A model generated the notes under the pieces. The model saw only the letters and a program-made list of their open reading frames with translations. It was not told the origin of the DNA and searched no databases. From contig CALTWF010000015.1 of the NCBI GenBank assembly GCA_943912755.1, forward strand, positions 6,065 to 70,064: a stretch of 64,000 nt of DNA, read 5' to 3'. Each line of letters begins with the position of its first letter. The first letter of the stretch is position 1. Below are positions 9,199-18,513 of this stretch, piece after piece. A program made the translations under genes and the position numbers. Source of the stretch: an uncultured Pseudomonas sp. GTDB taxonomy: Bacteria; Pseudomonadota; Gammaproteobacteria; Pseudomonadales; Pseudomonadaceae.

Positions 9199-11691
9199 AT
9201 GCAGTCCACCGCCCTACGCCCGCGCACCAGCACCCTGAAAAACCCCGGCATACTGACCCTTGCGCTGCTCGCCAGCGCACTGCCGGTGGCCGCGCCCATG
9301 CTGGCCCAGGCCGCCCAGGTGGCGCCGACACAAGACGATGCCCGCGCAAAGGACTTCGCCCTGGGCGCCGGGCCACTGGCCGCAGTGCTCAACCAGTTCG
9401 CCACCGAGGCCGGCGTGGTGCTGTCGTTCGATACGGCCCTGACCCAGGGCCGGCACAGCCAGGGCCTCGCCGGCCGCTACGGTGTCGCCCAGGGGTTTGC
9501 CACCTTGCTGGCCGGCTCCGGACTGCAGGCGATCGCCCGCGGCAACGGGATCTATGTACTGGCGCCAGCGCCCGCCGACGGCAGCATGGAACTCGGCGCT
9601 ACCAGCATTACCGGCTACGCCGGCGGCGAATCCGCCTATGGGCCGGTCCAGGGCTACGTGGCCAGGCGCACTGCGACCGCCACCAAGACCGATACCTCGG
9701 TTCTGGAAACACCGCAGACCATCAACATCGTGACCCAGGATGAAATCAAGGCGCGGGGTTCGATGTCGGTCAGTGATGCCCTGCGCTACACCCCAGGCGT
9801 CCAGGTGGACGGCTTTACCGCACGGGTCAAGGCCTTCGACGAGCCCACCTCGCGCGGCTTCAACGCCACGCCCATGTACCTCGACGGCCTGCACCTACCC
9901 TACGGCGGCGGCAGTACCGGTGGTGCGCTGCAGATCGACCCCTACCTGCTGGAACGGATCGAAGTGCTCAAGGGCCCGGCCTCGGTGCTGTATGGCCAGA
10001 ACCAGCCGGGCGGCATCGTCAACATGGTGTCCAAGCGGCCAACTGCCGAAGCGCTGCACTCCCTGACCCTGGGCGGCGGCAGCCATGATCGCAAGTACGG
10101 CGCCTTCGACCTCGGCGGCCCGATCGACGACCAGGGCACCTTTCTCTATCGCCTGACCGGCGTGGTCAACGACAGCGGTTCGGAGGTCGATCATGCCGAC
10201 CAAAAGCGCATGACCCTGGCGCCGAGCCTGACCTGGAACATCAACGACAGCACCACGCTGACCTTCCACGGCCAGGTGCAGAAGGACAACGATACCCCCG
10301 AGCCCCAGGGCCTGCCGGTATGGGGCACGGTGCTGGACAACCCCAACGGTCATATCTCGCGCAGCCGCTTCATCGGCGAGCCCGCCTACGCGTCCTATGA
10401 TCGCGACCAGTTCAGCGTCGGCTACGAACTGTCCCATCAGTTGAACGATACCTGGACGCTCAAGCAGAACGCCCGCTACGCCTATGTCGACGACCGCTTC
10501 GTCTCGGTGCTGCATGGCTACGAGTTCATCACCAGCCCGACCACCGGGCTGAACGACCAGAGCGCCATCGGCCGCTACGCCATCGACTGGTCGCAGACCA
10601 ACAAGGTCTACGGCATCGACAACCTGGCCCAGGCCGTGTTCAAGACCGGCGAGGTCGAGCACACCCTGCTGCTGGGTGCCGATTACTACCACTTCAACTC
10701 CGAGTTCCTCGGCCGCTACCAGTACGCGCCGCCCGGCATCGACCTGTACAACCCGGTGTATGGCCAACCGATCGACTTCAGCCAGGCGGCGGTCAACACC
10801 TGGGACAACACCATCCGCCAGACCGGCCTGTACCTGCAGGACCAGATCAAGTGGGACCGCTGGTTCCTGACCCTGGGCGGCCGCTACGACTGGGCGACCA
10901 CCGAGAACAACCAGCCGCTGTACAAGGTCGACAACCGCATCGAGGACCGGCAGTTTTCCGGCCGGGCCGGATTCGGCTACCTGTTCGACAACGGCATCAC
11001 GCCCTACTTCAGCTATTCCGAGTCGTTCCAGCCCAACACCGGCACCGATGTTTCCGGCAACACCTTCGATGCCTCGACCGGCAAGCAATATGAAGTGGGC
11101 ATCAAGTACCAGCCGCCGGGAGCGGACAGCTTCGTGCAGGTTTCGGCCTACCGCATCGATCGCAAAAACGTGCTCACCAGCGACCTCGACAACCCCGGGT
11201 TCAGCAACCAGTCCGGCCAACTGCGCTCGACCGGGCTTGAGATCGAAGGCAAGGCGGCACTGACGGCCAACCTCAACCTGATCGCCGCCGTTTCCCGGGT
11301 CGACGCCGAATACGCCAAGGACAACGACGGCCTGAAAGGCCGCCACCCGATCGGCATCTCTCCCCTCACCGCCTCTTCCTGGCTCGACTATCGGATGCCC
11401 GACGACAGCCTCCTGCGCGGCCTGGGCATGGGCGTCGGGGTCCGCTACGTGCGCAGCAGCCCGGGCACCAGCACCGCCTACCGCGAGTTCGACGTGCCGT
11501 CCTACAGCGTTTACGACGCCATGCTGTCCTACGATCTCGGGCAATCCGCCCTGGCGCTCAAGGGTGTCCGGGTCCAGGCCAACCTGGAAAACATCGACGA
11601 CAAGCGCTACGTCAGCCGCTGCTCCGGCGTCTGGGAATGCACCTACGGCCAGGGCCGCACCCTCAGCGCCAACCTGACCTACGACTGGTGA
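9199..11691 (+). CDS. TonB-dependent siderophore receptor with N-terminal STN signalling domain
   Basis: Signal peptide, STN domain, ATKTDT..ETPQ, LERIEVLKGPASVLYG, C-terminal YDW. Confidence 0.92.
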   Translation: MQSTALRPRTSTLKNPGILTLALLASALPVAAPMLAQAAQVAPTQDDARAKDFALGAGPLAAVLNQFATEAGVVLSFDTALTQGRHSQGLAGRYGVAQGFATLLAGSGLQAIARGNGIYVLAPAPADGSMELGATSITGYAGGESAYGPVQGYVARRTATATKTDTSVLETPQTINIVTQDEIKARGSMSVSDALRYTPGVQVDGFTARVKAFDEPTSRGFNATPMYLDGLHLPYGGGSTGGALQIDPYLLERIEVLKGPASVLYGQNQPGGIVNMVSKRPTAEALHSLTLGGGSHDRKYGAFDLGGPIDDQGTFLYRLTGVVNDSGSEVDHADQKRMTLAPSLTWNINDSTTLTFHGQVQKDNDTPEPQGLPVWGTVLDNPNGHISRSRFIGEPAYASYDRDQFSVGYELSHQLNDTWTLKQNARYAYVDDRFVSVLHGYEFITSPTTGLNDQSAIGRYAIDWSQTNKVYGIDNLAQAVFKTGEVEHTLLLGADYYHFNSEFLGRYQYAPPGIDLYNPVYGQPIDFSQAAVNTWDNTIRQTGLYLQDQIKWDRWFLTLGGRYDWATTENNQPLYKVDNRIEDRQFSGRAGFGYLFDNGITPYFSYSESFQPNTGTDVSGNTFDASTGKQYEVGIKYQPPGADSFVQVSAYRIDRKNVLTSDLDNPGFSNQSGQLRSTGLEIEGKAALTANLNLIAAVSRVDAEYAKDNDGLKGRHPIGISPLTASSWLDYRMPDDSLLRGLGMGVGVRYVRSSPGTSTAYREFDVPSYSVYDAMLSYDLGQSALALKGVRVQANLENIDDKRYVSRCSGVWECTYGQGRTLSANLTYDW

Positions 11692-11768
11692 GGCGAGACG
11701 GCCCCGGGCACGCCCGGGGCCGCGCGAGGGCGATCAGAACTGCGGCCGTGGATGAACACTCGAAGGAT

Positions 11769-12395
11769 TCAAGTCCGCTGATCCGTGAGCGGCTTCTCGG
11801 CAATGCAATCGAACCGGTGCCAGTGCTTGGGTCCGCGCAGGCTCGAGCCGATGAACTCATGCACGTCGAAGCGCTTCAGGCAAAGCCCGTCGAACAGCGC
11901 GCGAGCCTCGATTTCAGAATGGAAGGTTCTGCTCGGGTCCGAAGCCCAGCCATCCCGGTCACCGAAGAGCTCGCCAACGAAAATACCGCCCGGCAACAGC
12001 GCGTCCGTCACGACCGACCAGAATTTGCGGAAGTGCTCCGGATGGCAGAACGGCAAGGCCATACCCGCATGAATCAACCTCGAAGGAGGCAAGGTTGCCA
12101 GTGTTTCAAAACGCTGGAGCGCGGTCTCCAGCGTCGAGCCCGGAAAATCCTCGCCGATGGACCGGACCATCTCGATGGCACCAGGCTCCTTATCGATCGC
12201 CAACACGTTCCAACCGGCCTGAAGCAAGGCCCGGGTTGCATTGCCAGTGCCGCAGCCCAGGTCCACGGCGCTACCTCTGTCGGCCTGCGGGCCGGCCAGG
12301 CCAATGGCCGTGCCAAGCAACGATGATGCGGGACTGTCCCGATGATGCTGGTAATAAGCGTTCCATTCGGGTTTCCCGCTTGAGGCTTCGTGCAT
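11769..12395 (-). CDS. Class I SAM-dependent methyltransferase
   Basis: AVDLGCGTG motif I; LLPGG. Confidence 0.8.
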   Translation of the reverse strand: MHEASSGKPEWNAYYQHHRDSPASSLLGTAIGLAGPQADRGSAVDLGCGTGNATRALLQAGWNVLAIDKEPGAIEMVRSIGEDFPGSTLETALQRFETLATLPPSRLIHAGMALPFCHPEHFRKFWSVVTDALLPGGIFVGELFGDRDGWASDPSRTFHSEIEARALFDGLCLKRFDVHEFIGSSLRGPKHWHRFDCIAEKPLTDQRT

Positions 12396-12512
12396 TTGTC
12401 CTACCGTCCTTGGTTATCCAGCGATACCTGCAAAAAACCGCCGTATGCTGGCAGACAAGTGACGTTCAAGCCAGCCGACACCAAGATCAACCGACCACCG
12501 CCGGGGACAGCC

Positions 12513-12929
12513 ATGAGCCCTTTTGAAATCAAACACCTGGATCACATCGTCCTGCGCGTCGAAGACATGCAGGCCAGCCTGGACTTCTATACCCGGACCT
12601 TGGGATGCCCGATCAGAAAACGCCGCGACGACCTCGGCATGATCCACCTCGGCGCCGGCACGTCGATGATCGACCTGGTGGATGCGCAAGGCCCACTGGG
12701 CCGCCAGGGCGGCGGCCTGGCCGATCCCCGCCACCGCAACCTCGACCACTTCTGCCTGCGCATTGCGCCGTTCGATGAACAGCGCATCCTCGCCTTCCTG
12801 CACGCGGCCGGGATCAAGGCGGAAAAGGCCGCCAGCCGATACGGCGCCGAGGGTGAGGGACTGTCGATCTACTGCTTCGACCCCGATGGCAACCAGGTCG
12901 AATTGAAAGGACCGCCCCGCCAGGGCTGA
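12513..12929 (+). CDS. VOC/glyoxalase family protein
   Basis: LDHIVLRV, LDHFCL, DPDGNQVEL. Confidence 0.85.
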   Translation: MSPFEIKHLDHIVLRVEDMQASLDFYTRTLGCPIRKRRDDLGMIHLGAGTSMIDLVDAQGPLGRQGGGLADPRHRNLDHFCLRIAPFDEQRILAFLHAAGIKAEKAASRYGAEGEGLSIYCFDPDGNQVELKGPPRQG

Positions 12930-12963
12930 TCCGCGATCGACAGTCCAGGCCAGGCCTGCCGGG

Positions 12964-13263
12964 TCACAGCTGGCTGATGTCGTCCAGCAGATGCACCTGG
13001 CGCTCACTCACCAGGCCTTCGGCCTGCTCGGCCATGGCCAGGTAGTGCGGCATCTGCCGGTGCAGCTCGATGGCGGCCATGTCGACCCAGCGCTCGACGA
13101 AGACAAAACGCCCCGGTTCATCCTGGCTGCGGTGCAAGGCGTAGGCCAGGCAACCGGCCTCCGCGTTCGACGGCTCCACGCAGGCGCGCAGCACCCGCTC
13201 CAGGGCCTCGGCCTGGCCCTCGTGGGCCTTGAGTACCGCCACTACAACGATCGAATCGCTCAT
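12964..13263 (-). CDS. Putative quinol monooxygenase (ABM domain)
   Basis: EAGCLAYALH, FVFVERW, H...PH. Confidence 0.8.
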   Translation of the reverse strand: MSDSIVVVAVLKAHEGQAEALERVLRACVEPSNAEAGCLAYALHRSQDEPGRFVFVERWVDMAAIELHRQMPHYLAMAEQAEGLVSERQVHLLDDISQL

Positions 13264-14313
13264 TTACACAGCCTCCAGTTCATCGCTACCGACACGGATC
13301 ACCAACTTGCCGAAATTCTCCCCTTGCAGCAGGCCGATAAAGGCCTGCGGCGCATTCTCCAGGCCATCGACCAGGGCCTCGCGGTAATGGATGCGGCCCT
13401 CGGCCAGCCATTGCGACATCTGCTGATGGAACTCAGGGAAATGCTGGCCGTAGTCATCGAAGATGATGAAGCCCTGCATCCGGATGCGCTTGCGCAGCAA
13501 GGCGCCCATCAGCTGCGGCAGGCGGTCGGGACCTGGCGGCAAGGCGGTATCGTTGTAGTGGGCAATGATCCCGCACACCGGCACCCGCGCCTTGGCGTTG
13601 AGCAGCGGGAACACCGCGTCGAACACCTTGCCGCCGACGTTCTCGTAGTACACATCGATGCCCTGCGGGCAGGCCTGGGCCAGTTGCTCGGCGAAATCGG
13701 CGGCATGGTGGTCGAGGCAGGCATCGAAGCCCAGCACCTCGACCGCGTGGCGGCACTTCTCGGCGCCACCGGCCACACCCACCACGCGGCAGCCCTTGAG
13801 CTTGCCGATCTGCCCGACCGTCGCCCCCACCGGCCCGGTGGCCGCGGCCACCACCAGGGTTTCCCCGGCTTGCGGCTGGCCGATATCGAGCAGGCCCATA
13901 TAGGCGGTGAAACCGGGCATGCCCAGCACGCCAAGGGCGTAGGACGGCTGCTGCGGCGCGGCGCCGAGGTTCATCAGGCCGGCGGCGTCGGCCACGGCGT
14001 AGTCCTGCCAGCCATTTTGCGAAAGCACCCAGTCGCCTACCGCGTAGTCCGGGTGATGGGACGCCACGACCCGGCTGACGGTACCGGCGACCATCACCGC
14101 ATCCAGCGCCACTGGCGGCGCATAGGACGGCGCATCGCTCATGCGTCCGCGCATGTACGGGTCGAGCGAAAGGTAAACGGTGCGCAGCAGCACCTGGCCG
14201 GGGCCGGGCAGGGGCACGGCGCCGTGTTCCAGGCGGAAGTTGGCCTCGGTGGGCGCGCCGTGGGGGCGCGACGCCAGCACCAGGCGGCGGTTGCTGTTCG
14301 GTTGTTGCGGCAT
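13264..14313 (-). CDS. curA: NADP-dependent alkenal/ene reductase (CurA/YncB family)
   Basis: LSLDPYMRGRM, GVLGMPGFTAY, AAATGPVG, GENFGK. Confidence 0.85.
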   Translation of the reverse strand: MPQQPNSNRRLVLASRPHGAPTEANFRLEHGAVPLPGPGQVLLRTVYLSLDPYMRGRMSDAPSYAPPVALDAVMVAGTVSRVVASHHPDYAVGDWVLSQNGWQDYAVADAAGLMNLGAAPQQPSYALGVLGMPGFTAYMGLLDIGQPQAGETLVVAAATGPVGATVGQIGKLKGCRVVGVAGGAEKCRHAVEVLGFDACLDHHAADFAEQLAQACPQGIDVYYENVGGKVFDAVFPLLNAKARVPVCGIIAHYNDTALPPGPDRLPQLMGALLRKRIRMQGFIIFDDYGQHFPEFHQQMSQWLAEGRIHYREALVDGLENAPQAFIGLLQGENFGKLVIRVGSDELEAV

Positions 14314-14362
14314 GTGCGGCTCCTTGAACAAGGGAATGATTCGGGATTCAGGCGCCAGCGGC

Positions 14363-15040
14363 TCAGCCCAGTTGCTGCAGCAGCGCCTCGGCAACGCCCT
14401 CGGAGCTGGCCGGGTTCTGCCCGGTGATCAGCCGGCCATCGACCACGGTCAGCGGCTGCCAGTCGGCGGTCTTCTGGTACTGCGCGCCGAGGGCGGTGAA
14501 CTCGTCCTCGATCAGGAACGGCACCACGTCGGCCAGCTGCACGGCGGCCTCTTCGCTATTGGTGAAACCGGTCACCCGGCGGCCCTTGACCAGCGGTGCG
14601 CCGTCGGCGCTGCGCACATGGCGTAGCACGCCCGGGGCATGGCAGACGAAGGCGATCGGCTTGCCGGCGCGCTCGAAGGCTTCGATCAGGGCAATGGACA
14701 CCGGCAACTCGGCCAGGTCCCACAGCGGGCCATGGCCGCCGGGGTAGAAGACGGCATCGAAGCCATCGGCGTCGAGGGTGTCCAGGCGCACGCTGTTGGC
14801 CAGCACCTGTTGCGCGGCGCTGTCGGCCTGGAAGCGCCGGGTCATCTCGGTCTGCGACTCGGGCAGCGCGCTTTTCGGGTCCAGCGGCGGCTGGCCGCCG
14901 GCCGGCGAGGCCACGGTCACCCTGGCGCCGGCATCGAGCAGCACGTAGTAGGGAGCCGCGAACTCTTCCAGCCAGAAACCGGTTTTTTCGCCGGTATTGC
15001 CCAGCGAATCGTGTGAAGTCAAAACCATCAGTACGTTCAT
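14363..15040 (-). CDS. DJ-1/PfpI (type 1 glutamine amidotransferase-like) protein
   Basis: TGFWLEE, PGGHGP, VCHAP, TGQNPAS. Confidence 0.88.
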   Translation of the reverse strand: MNVLMVLTSHDSLGNTGEKTGFWLEEFAAPYYVLLDAGARVTVASPAGGQPPLDPKSALPESQTEMTRRFQADSAAQQVLANSVRLDTLDADGFDAVFYPGGHGPLWDLAELPVSIALIEAFERAGKPIAFVCHAPGVLRHVRSADGAPLVKGRRVTGFTNSEEAAVQLADVVPFLIEDEFTALGAQYQKTADWQPLTVVDGRLITGQNPASSEGVAEALLQQLG

Positions 15041-15076
15041 CGATCAGCTCTCCGGAGCGGTAGATAAATTGTCGTG

Positions 15077-15673
15077 TCAGACAGGGGCTTGCAGGGCGCG
15101 GACGCTCTCGTCCAGCGCCATCGCGAATGGCGCGGCGCTGCGGTTGATCTTGGCCAGCAGGCTGGCCCCCAGCCACAGGGCGTAGAGCCGGGCGGCCAGG
15201 GCCGTGGCCGGTTCCGCCAGGACCAGCGAACGGTCGGCGCGCGCGCTATCGAGGCCACTGGCCAGGCGCTGGATGATCGCCTCGGTCCCCCGGGCCAGCG
15301 CCAGGCGCATGGCCTCGGACAGGTCCGACACCTCGGCGCCCAGTTTGACCGCCAGGCATTGGCCGTCGTTGCAGTCGCCGCACTGGTTGTCGATCCAGCG
15401 TTGCCAATAGCCGAGCAGGCGTTCGCGCCCCGACAGCCCGGGAGTGGCCAGCAGTACGTCCATCTGCGTGATATAGCGCGCAAAATAATCGTCCAGCAGC
15501 GCCTCGCCGAAACCGTCCTTGGACGGGAAGTAATGGTAGAACGAGCCCTTGGGCACGCCGGCGGCAGCCAGCACTGCATTGATGCCCACGGCGGAAAACC
15601 CCTTGCGCCCGACGATGGCCTGGCCGCAGTCGAGGATCTTGCGTCGTGTGCTGTTCGCTTCGTTCATGGCCAT
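15077..15673 (-). CDS. nemR: TetR regulator, NemR-like
   Basis: GVPKGSFYHYFPSK HTH; CLAVKLGAEVSDLSE NemR-type motif. Confidence 0.8.
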   Translation of the reverse strand: MAMNEANSTRRKILDCGQAIVGRKGFSAVGINAVLAAAGVPKGSFYHYFPSKDGFGEALLDDYFARYITQMDVLLATPGLSGRERLLGYWQRWIDNQCGDCNDGQCLAVKLGAEVSDLSEAMRLALARGTEAIIQRLASGLDSARADRSLVLAEPATALAARLYALWLGASLLAKINRSAAPFAMALDESVRALQAPV

Positions 15674-15689
15674 GGGCTCACCGGATCAT

Positions 15690-15704
15690 TAGACCAGTCG
15701 TCTA
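15690..15704. promoter_or_regulatory. NemR-type operator
   Basis: Palindrome TAGACCAGTCGTCTA just upstream of the TetR start; resembles the NemR box TAGACC-N-GGTCTA. Confidence 0.7.
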
Positions 15705-15857
15705 GTTCGTGGAAAGGGATGCTATGCCCCGGGACAGGCGGCAACAATGTCGAATACGCCATGATTCCGGACACGCTGCGACCGCGCTGCCGCGCCGGTT
15801 TGCCAAGCGCGCCGGTTGCGTCAACAATCGCTCTCCCCTGCCCTGCGGAGTCTTGCC

Positions 15858-16796
15858 ATGCACCATGTCGCGCTGATCGTCTACCCCCAGTTCCAGTCGA
15901 TGTGCCTGGCACTGGGCTCGGTGTTCGAGTGCGCCAACCTGCTGCGCGGCGAGGCCGCCTACCGTTTTTCCCTGGTTTCGGAAACCGGCGGGCTGGTGCA
16001 GTCGTCCCAGGGCTTCGCCGTTGATACCCAGCCCATGCAGGCCGGTGCCTACGACACGCTGATCGTCAGCGGCTTCCTGGAAACGGAGACGCCCCCGCCG
16101 GGGCTGCTGCACTGCCTGGCGCAGGCAGCGACGGACTCACGCCGGCTGGTGGCGCTGTGCACCGGCATCTTCGTCCTTGCCGAAGCGGGCCTGCTGGCGG
16201 GCAAGCGCGCCACCACCCATTGGCTGCACGCGCCGGCCTTCACCAAGCGCTACCCGCAGATCCCGCTGGAGGACAACCGCCTGTTCGTGGTCGATGGCCA
16301 GGTGTGGACCGGCGCGGGCATGAGCGGCGGCACCGACATGGCGCTGGCCATGGTCGAGAACGACCTCGGCCGCGACCTGGCGCGGCAGGTCGCGCACAAA
16401 CTGGTGATGTCCGAACGGCGCAGCGGCGAGCACCCGCAATGCTCGGCGCTGCTGGCGCTGGAGCCGAGGTCCGACCGCATCCAGCTGGCCCTGGCCTATG
16501 CTCGCGAGAACCTGCGCAGCAACCTGTCGGTGGAAGCCCTGGCCGAAGTGGCGCGGCTCAGCCCGCGGCAGTTCAGCCGGGTGTTTCGCGAACAGACCGG
16601 CGAAACCCCGGCCAAGGGCGTGGAGAAGCTGCGGGTGGAGGCCGCCCGGGTGCTGCTGGAAACCAGCCACCACCCGGTGGAAGTGATCGCCCACGAAACC
16701 GGCTTCGGCGACCGCGAGCGCTTGCGCCAGGCGTTTCTGCGCGCCTTCGGCAAGCCGCCGCAGGCGTTGCGCAAGGGGGTTGTGGTGGGTGGTTGA
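15858..16796 (+). CDS. GlxA-family AraC regulator (DJ-1 domain + HTH)
   Basis: LCTG..LAEAGLL.GKRATTHW; C-terminal double HTH. Confidence 0.88.
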   Translation: MHHVALIVYPQFQSMCLALGSVFECANLLRGEAAYRFSLVSETGGLVQSSQGFAVDTQPMQAGAYDTLIVSGFLETETPPPGLLHCLAQAATDSRRLVALCTGIFVLAEAGLLAGKRATTHWLHAPAFTKRYPQIPLEDNRLFVVDGQVWTGAGMSGGTDMALAMVENDLGRDLARQVAHKLVMSERRSGEHPQCSALLALEPRSDRIQLALAYARENLRSNLSVEALAEVARLSPRQFSRVFREQTGETPAKGVEKLRVEAARVLLETSHHPVEVIAHETGFGDRERLRQAFLRAFGKPPQALRKGVVVGG

Positions 16797-16871
16797 GGTG
16801 GGCCGGCCTGAAAAACAGCCAGGTTCAAACGTCTTTCCAAAATGAAGACGCCAAGACGCCAAGGAGGGCTT

Positions 16872-17516
16872 GTGATCAAACCGAAATATTTCGCCGCGCT
16901 GATGCTGTTTACCGCAGCCTCTGCGCAAGCCGACCTGGAAATTCGCAGCCTGGCCGACAGTCCCCGTCACGCGGCCGCGTTGCAGCGATTGCAGGCCGCG
17001 AGCGCCAGGCAACCCGCGCCTGAAGCCGGCTTTCCTAGCCTGAAGCAGATCATCGCGGGTATGCAGACGGGCCGCATAATGGCTGGTCTTGCCGGACAAG
17101 CGCCCACCTACCAATCGCCCTCAAGGCCGGCGATCGAGCAACTCGGCTGCCATCTTGCCGGTGAGGCGCCATCGGGGGTCGAGCGCAAGGCCGGTGGCCT
17201 CAATGGGGTCATGTCGGTGTATGCCTGTGGCTCGAAGTATGTCGTCACCTACGAGTACGACTACTCGGTGGCGCTTACCCAGCGGGTGGTGGTGGTCGAC
17301 GATGACTTTGCACAGCACACCGATCCGCGCACGCCGCTGATCAAGACCAGGGTGGTGACCAGGGGGGAGACACGCCTGACGGCCATGCGCTGGCTGAACC
17401 CCAGAAACGAGATTCGCTATGAGGTTTACGCGGAGCACTCGCAGGCTGCCGATGAAACGCTGGAAAAGAGCCTGGAGTCGGTACTCGGGGCCACTGCACT
17501 GGCCTGGTCGCGCTGA
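16872..17516 (+). CDS. Secreted hypothetical protein
   Basis: RBS AAGGAGG plus GTG; signal peptide ending ASAQA; two Cys. Confidence 0.65.
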   Translation: MIKPKYFAALMLFTAASAQADLEIRSLADSPRHAAALQRLQAASARQPAPEAGFPSLKQIIAGMQTGRIMAGLAGQAPTYQSPSRPAIEQLGCHLAGEAPSGVERKAGGLNGVMSVYACGSKYVVTYEYDYSVALTQRVVVVDDDFAQHTDPRTPLIKTRVVTRGETRLTAMRWLNPRNEIRYEVYAEHSQAADETLEKSLESVLGATALAWSR

Positions 17517-17607
17517 GGGTCTCTGCCTAGTGTTCGTCGCCCACCCTCTCGGTTCGGCTTGAGGTACATTTGACGTCGCCTGCACACTCAATGCTTGACT
17601 TATCTCC

Positions 17608-17672
17608 GTCTAACACATGGTTTAAGTCGCTCACTAGAACGGTGTTCAGGCGCCGCTAACCGAATGTTATGT
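17608..17672 (+). mobile_element. Degenerate integron attC-like site
   Basis: GTCTAAC-N5-GTTTAAG...GCTAAC-N5-GTTATGT, 65 bp, with R''/L''/L'/R' spacing; directly precedes an AT-rich gene. Confidence 0.6.
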
Positions 17673-17686
17673 AAACAAGGGAATGT

Positions 17687-18250
17687 ATGCGTTTAGTTTT
17701 AGTCCTTTTCTTCTCTTTGCTTCCAGGTCTTTCGTCAGCAGACACTGAGCTCGACAATATGATCGAACGCTACGAATCACAAAAAAATGGTAATTATCTA
17801 AATAATCAACAGCTAGCTTTTTTAAGTCACGACATTGGCATGCGTCTTTTGGCGAGTGAAAAATACGACGCCGCTATCACTTACTTTAAAACCGCATTAG
17901 AAATCGACCAGAATATTGACATAAACGACCCCTATCTCGGAGGCCGCTGGACATATTTAGGCCAGGCCTACACGTTCAGTGGCCAGATAAACAAAGGCAT
18001 TGAGTCGCTCCAGCGAGCCCTTCAGATAGATGAACTGCACTACCCTGACGGGCACCTGAACATTGGAATTGCACACGGAAATCTGGGATGGGCTTTAATT
18101 CGATCTCGAAACTACCAGAAAGCAAATAAGCATTTAAAAATAGCTTGCACAATCTTTTTGGCAGCGCTTGGCGAAATCCATCCCCAAACGCTAGATTGCC
18201 ACAAGAAGATGAACGTTACGCTCAAGCACCTGAAGAATAACCAACAATAG
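17687..18250 (+). CDS. Secreted tetratricopeptide-repeat protein (AT-rich, probable gene-cassette origin)
   Basis: Signal peptide; TPR-like repeats (YDAAITYFKTALEID, LQRALQID, LGEIHPQT); visibly low GC. Confidence 0.75.
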   Translation: MRLVLVLFFSLLPGLSSADTELDNMIERYESQKNGNYLNNQQLAFLSHDIGMRLLASEKYDAAITYFKTALEIDQNIDINDPYLGGRWTYLGQAYTFSGQINKGIESLQRALQIDELHYPDGHLNIGIAHGNLGWALIRSRNYQKANKHLKIACTIFLAALGEIHPQTLDCHKKMNVTLKHLKNNQQ

Positions 18251-18513
18251 GGATACACGAGTATAAACACACACCGACCGCCTGGTGCCCGACTGAAGTA
18301 GAACTGCACTTACATCTACTGAGTTTACAGGGTGCCCCGGCTTCTTTCGCTACTCGACATTCTTACATACCTTTTCACACAACCTTCCCACGCCCTAGTC
18401 TGATAACCAGAACCGTTAACCTGAGCGTAACGATCACCCACCTACCTTGATTGATGCCCTGCCGACCCCCGCCCTAAGGTGACTCCACAAAAAGCACAAC
18501 AGTGGAGTTAGCG

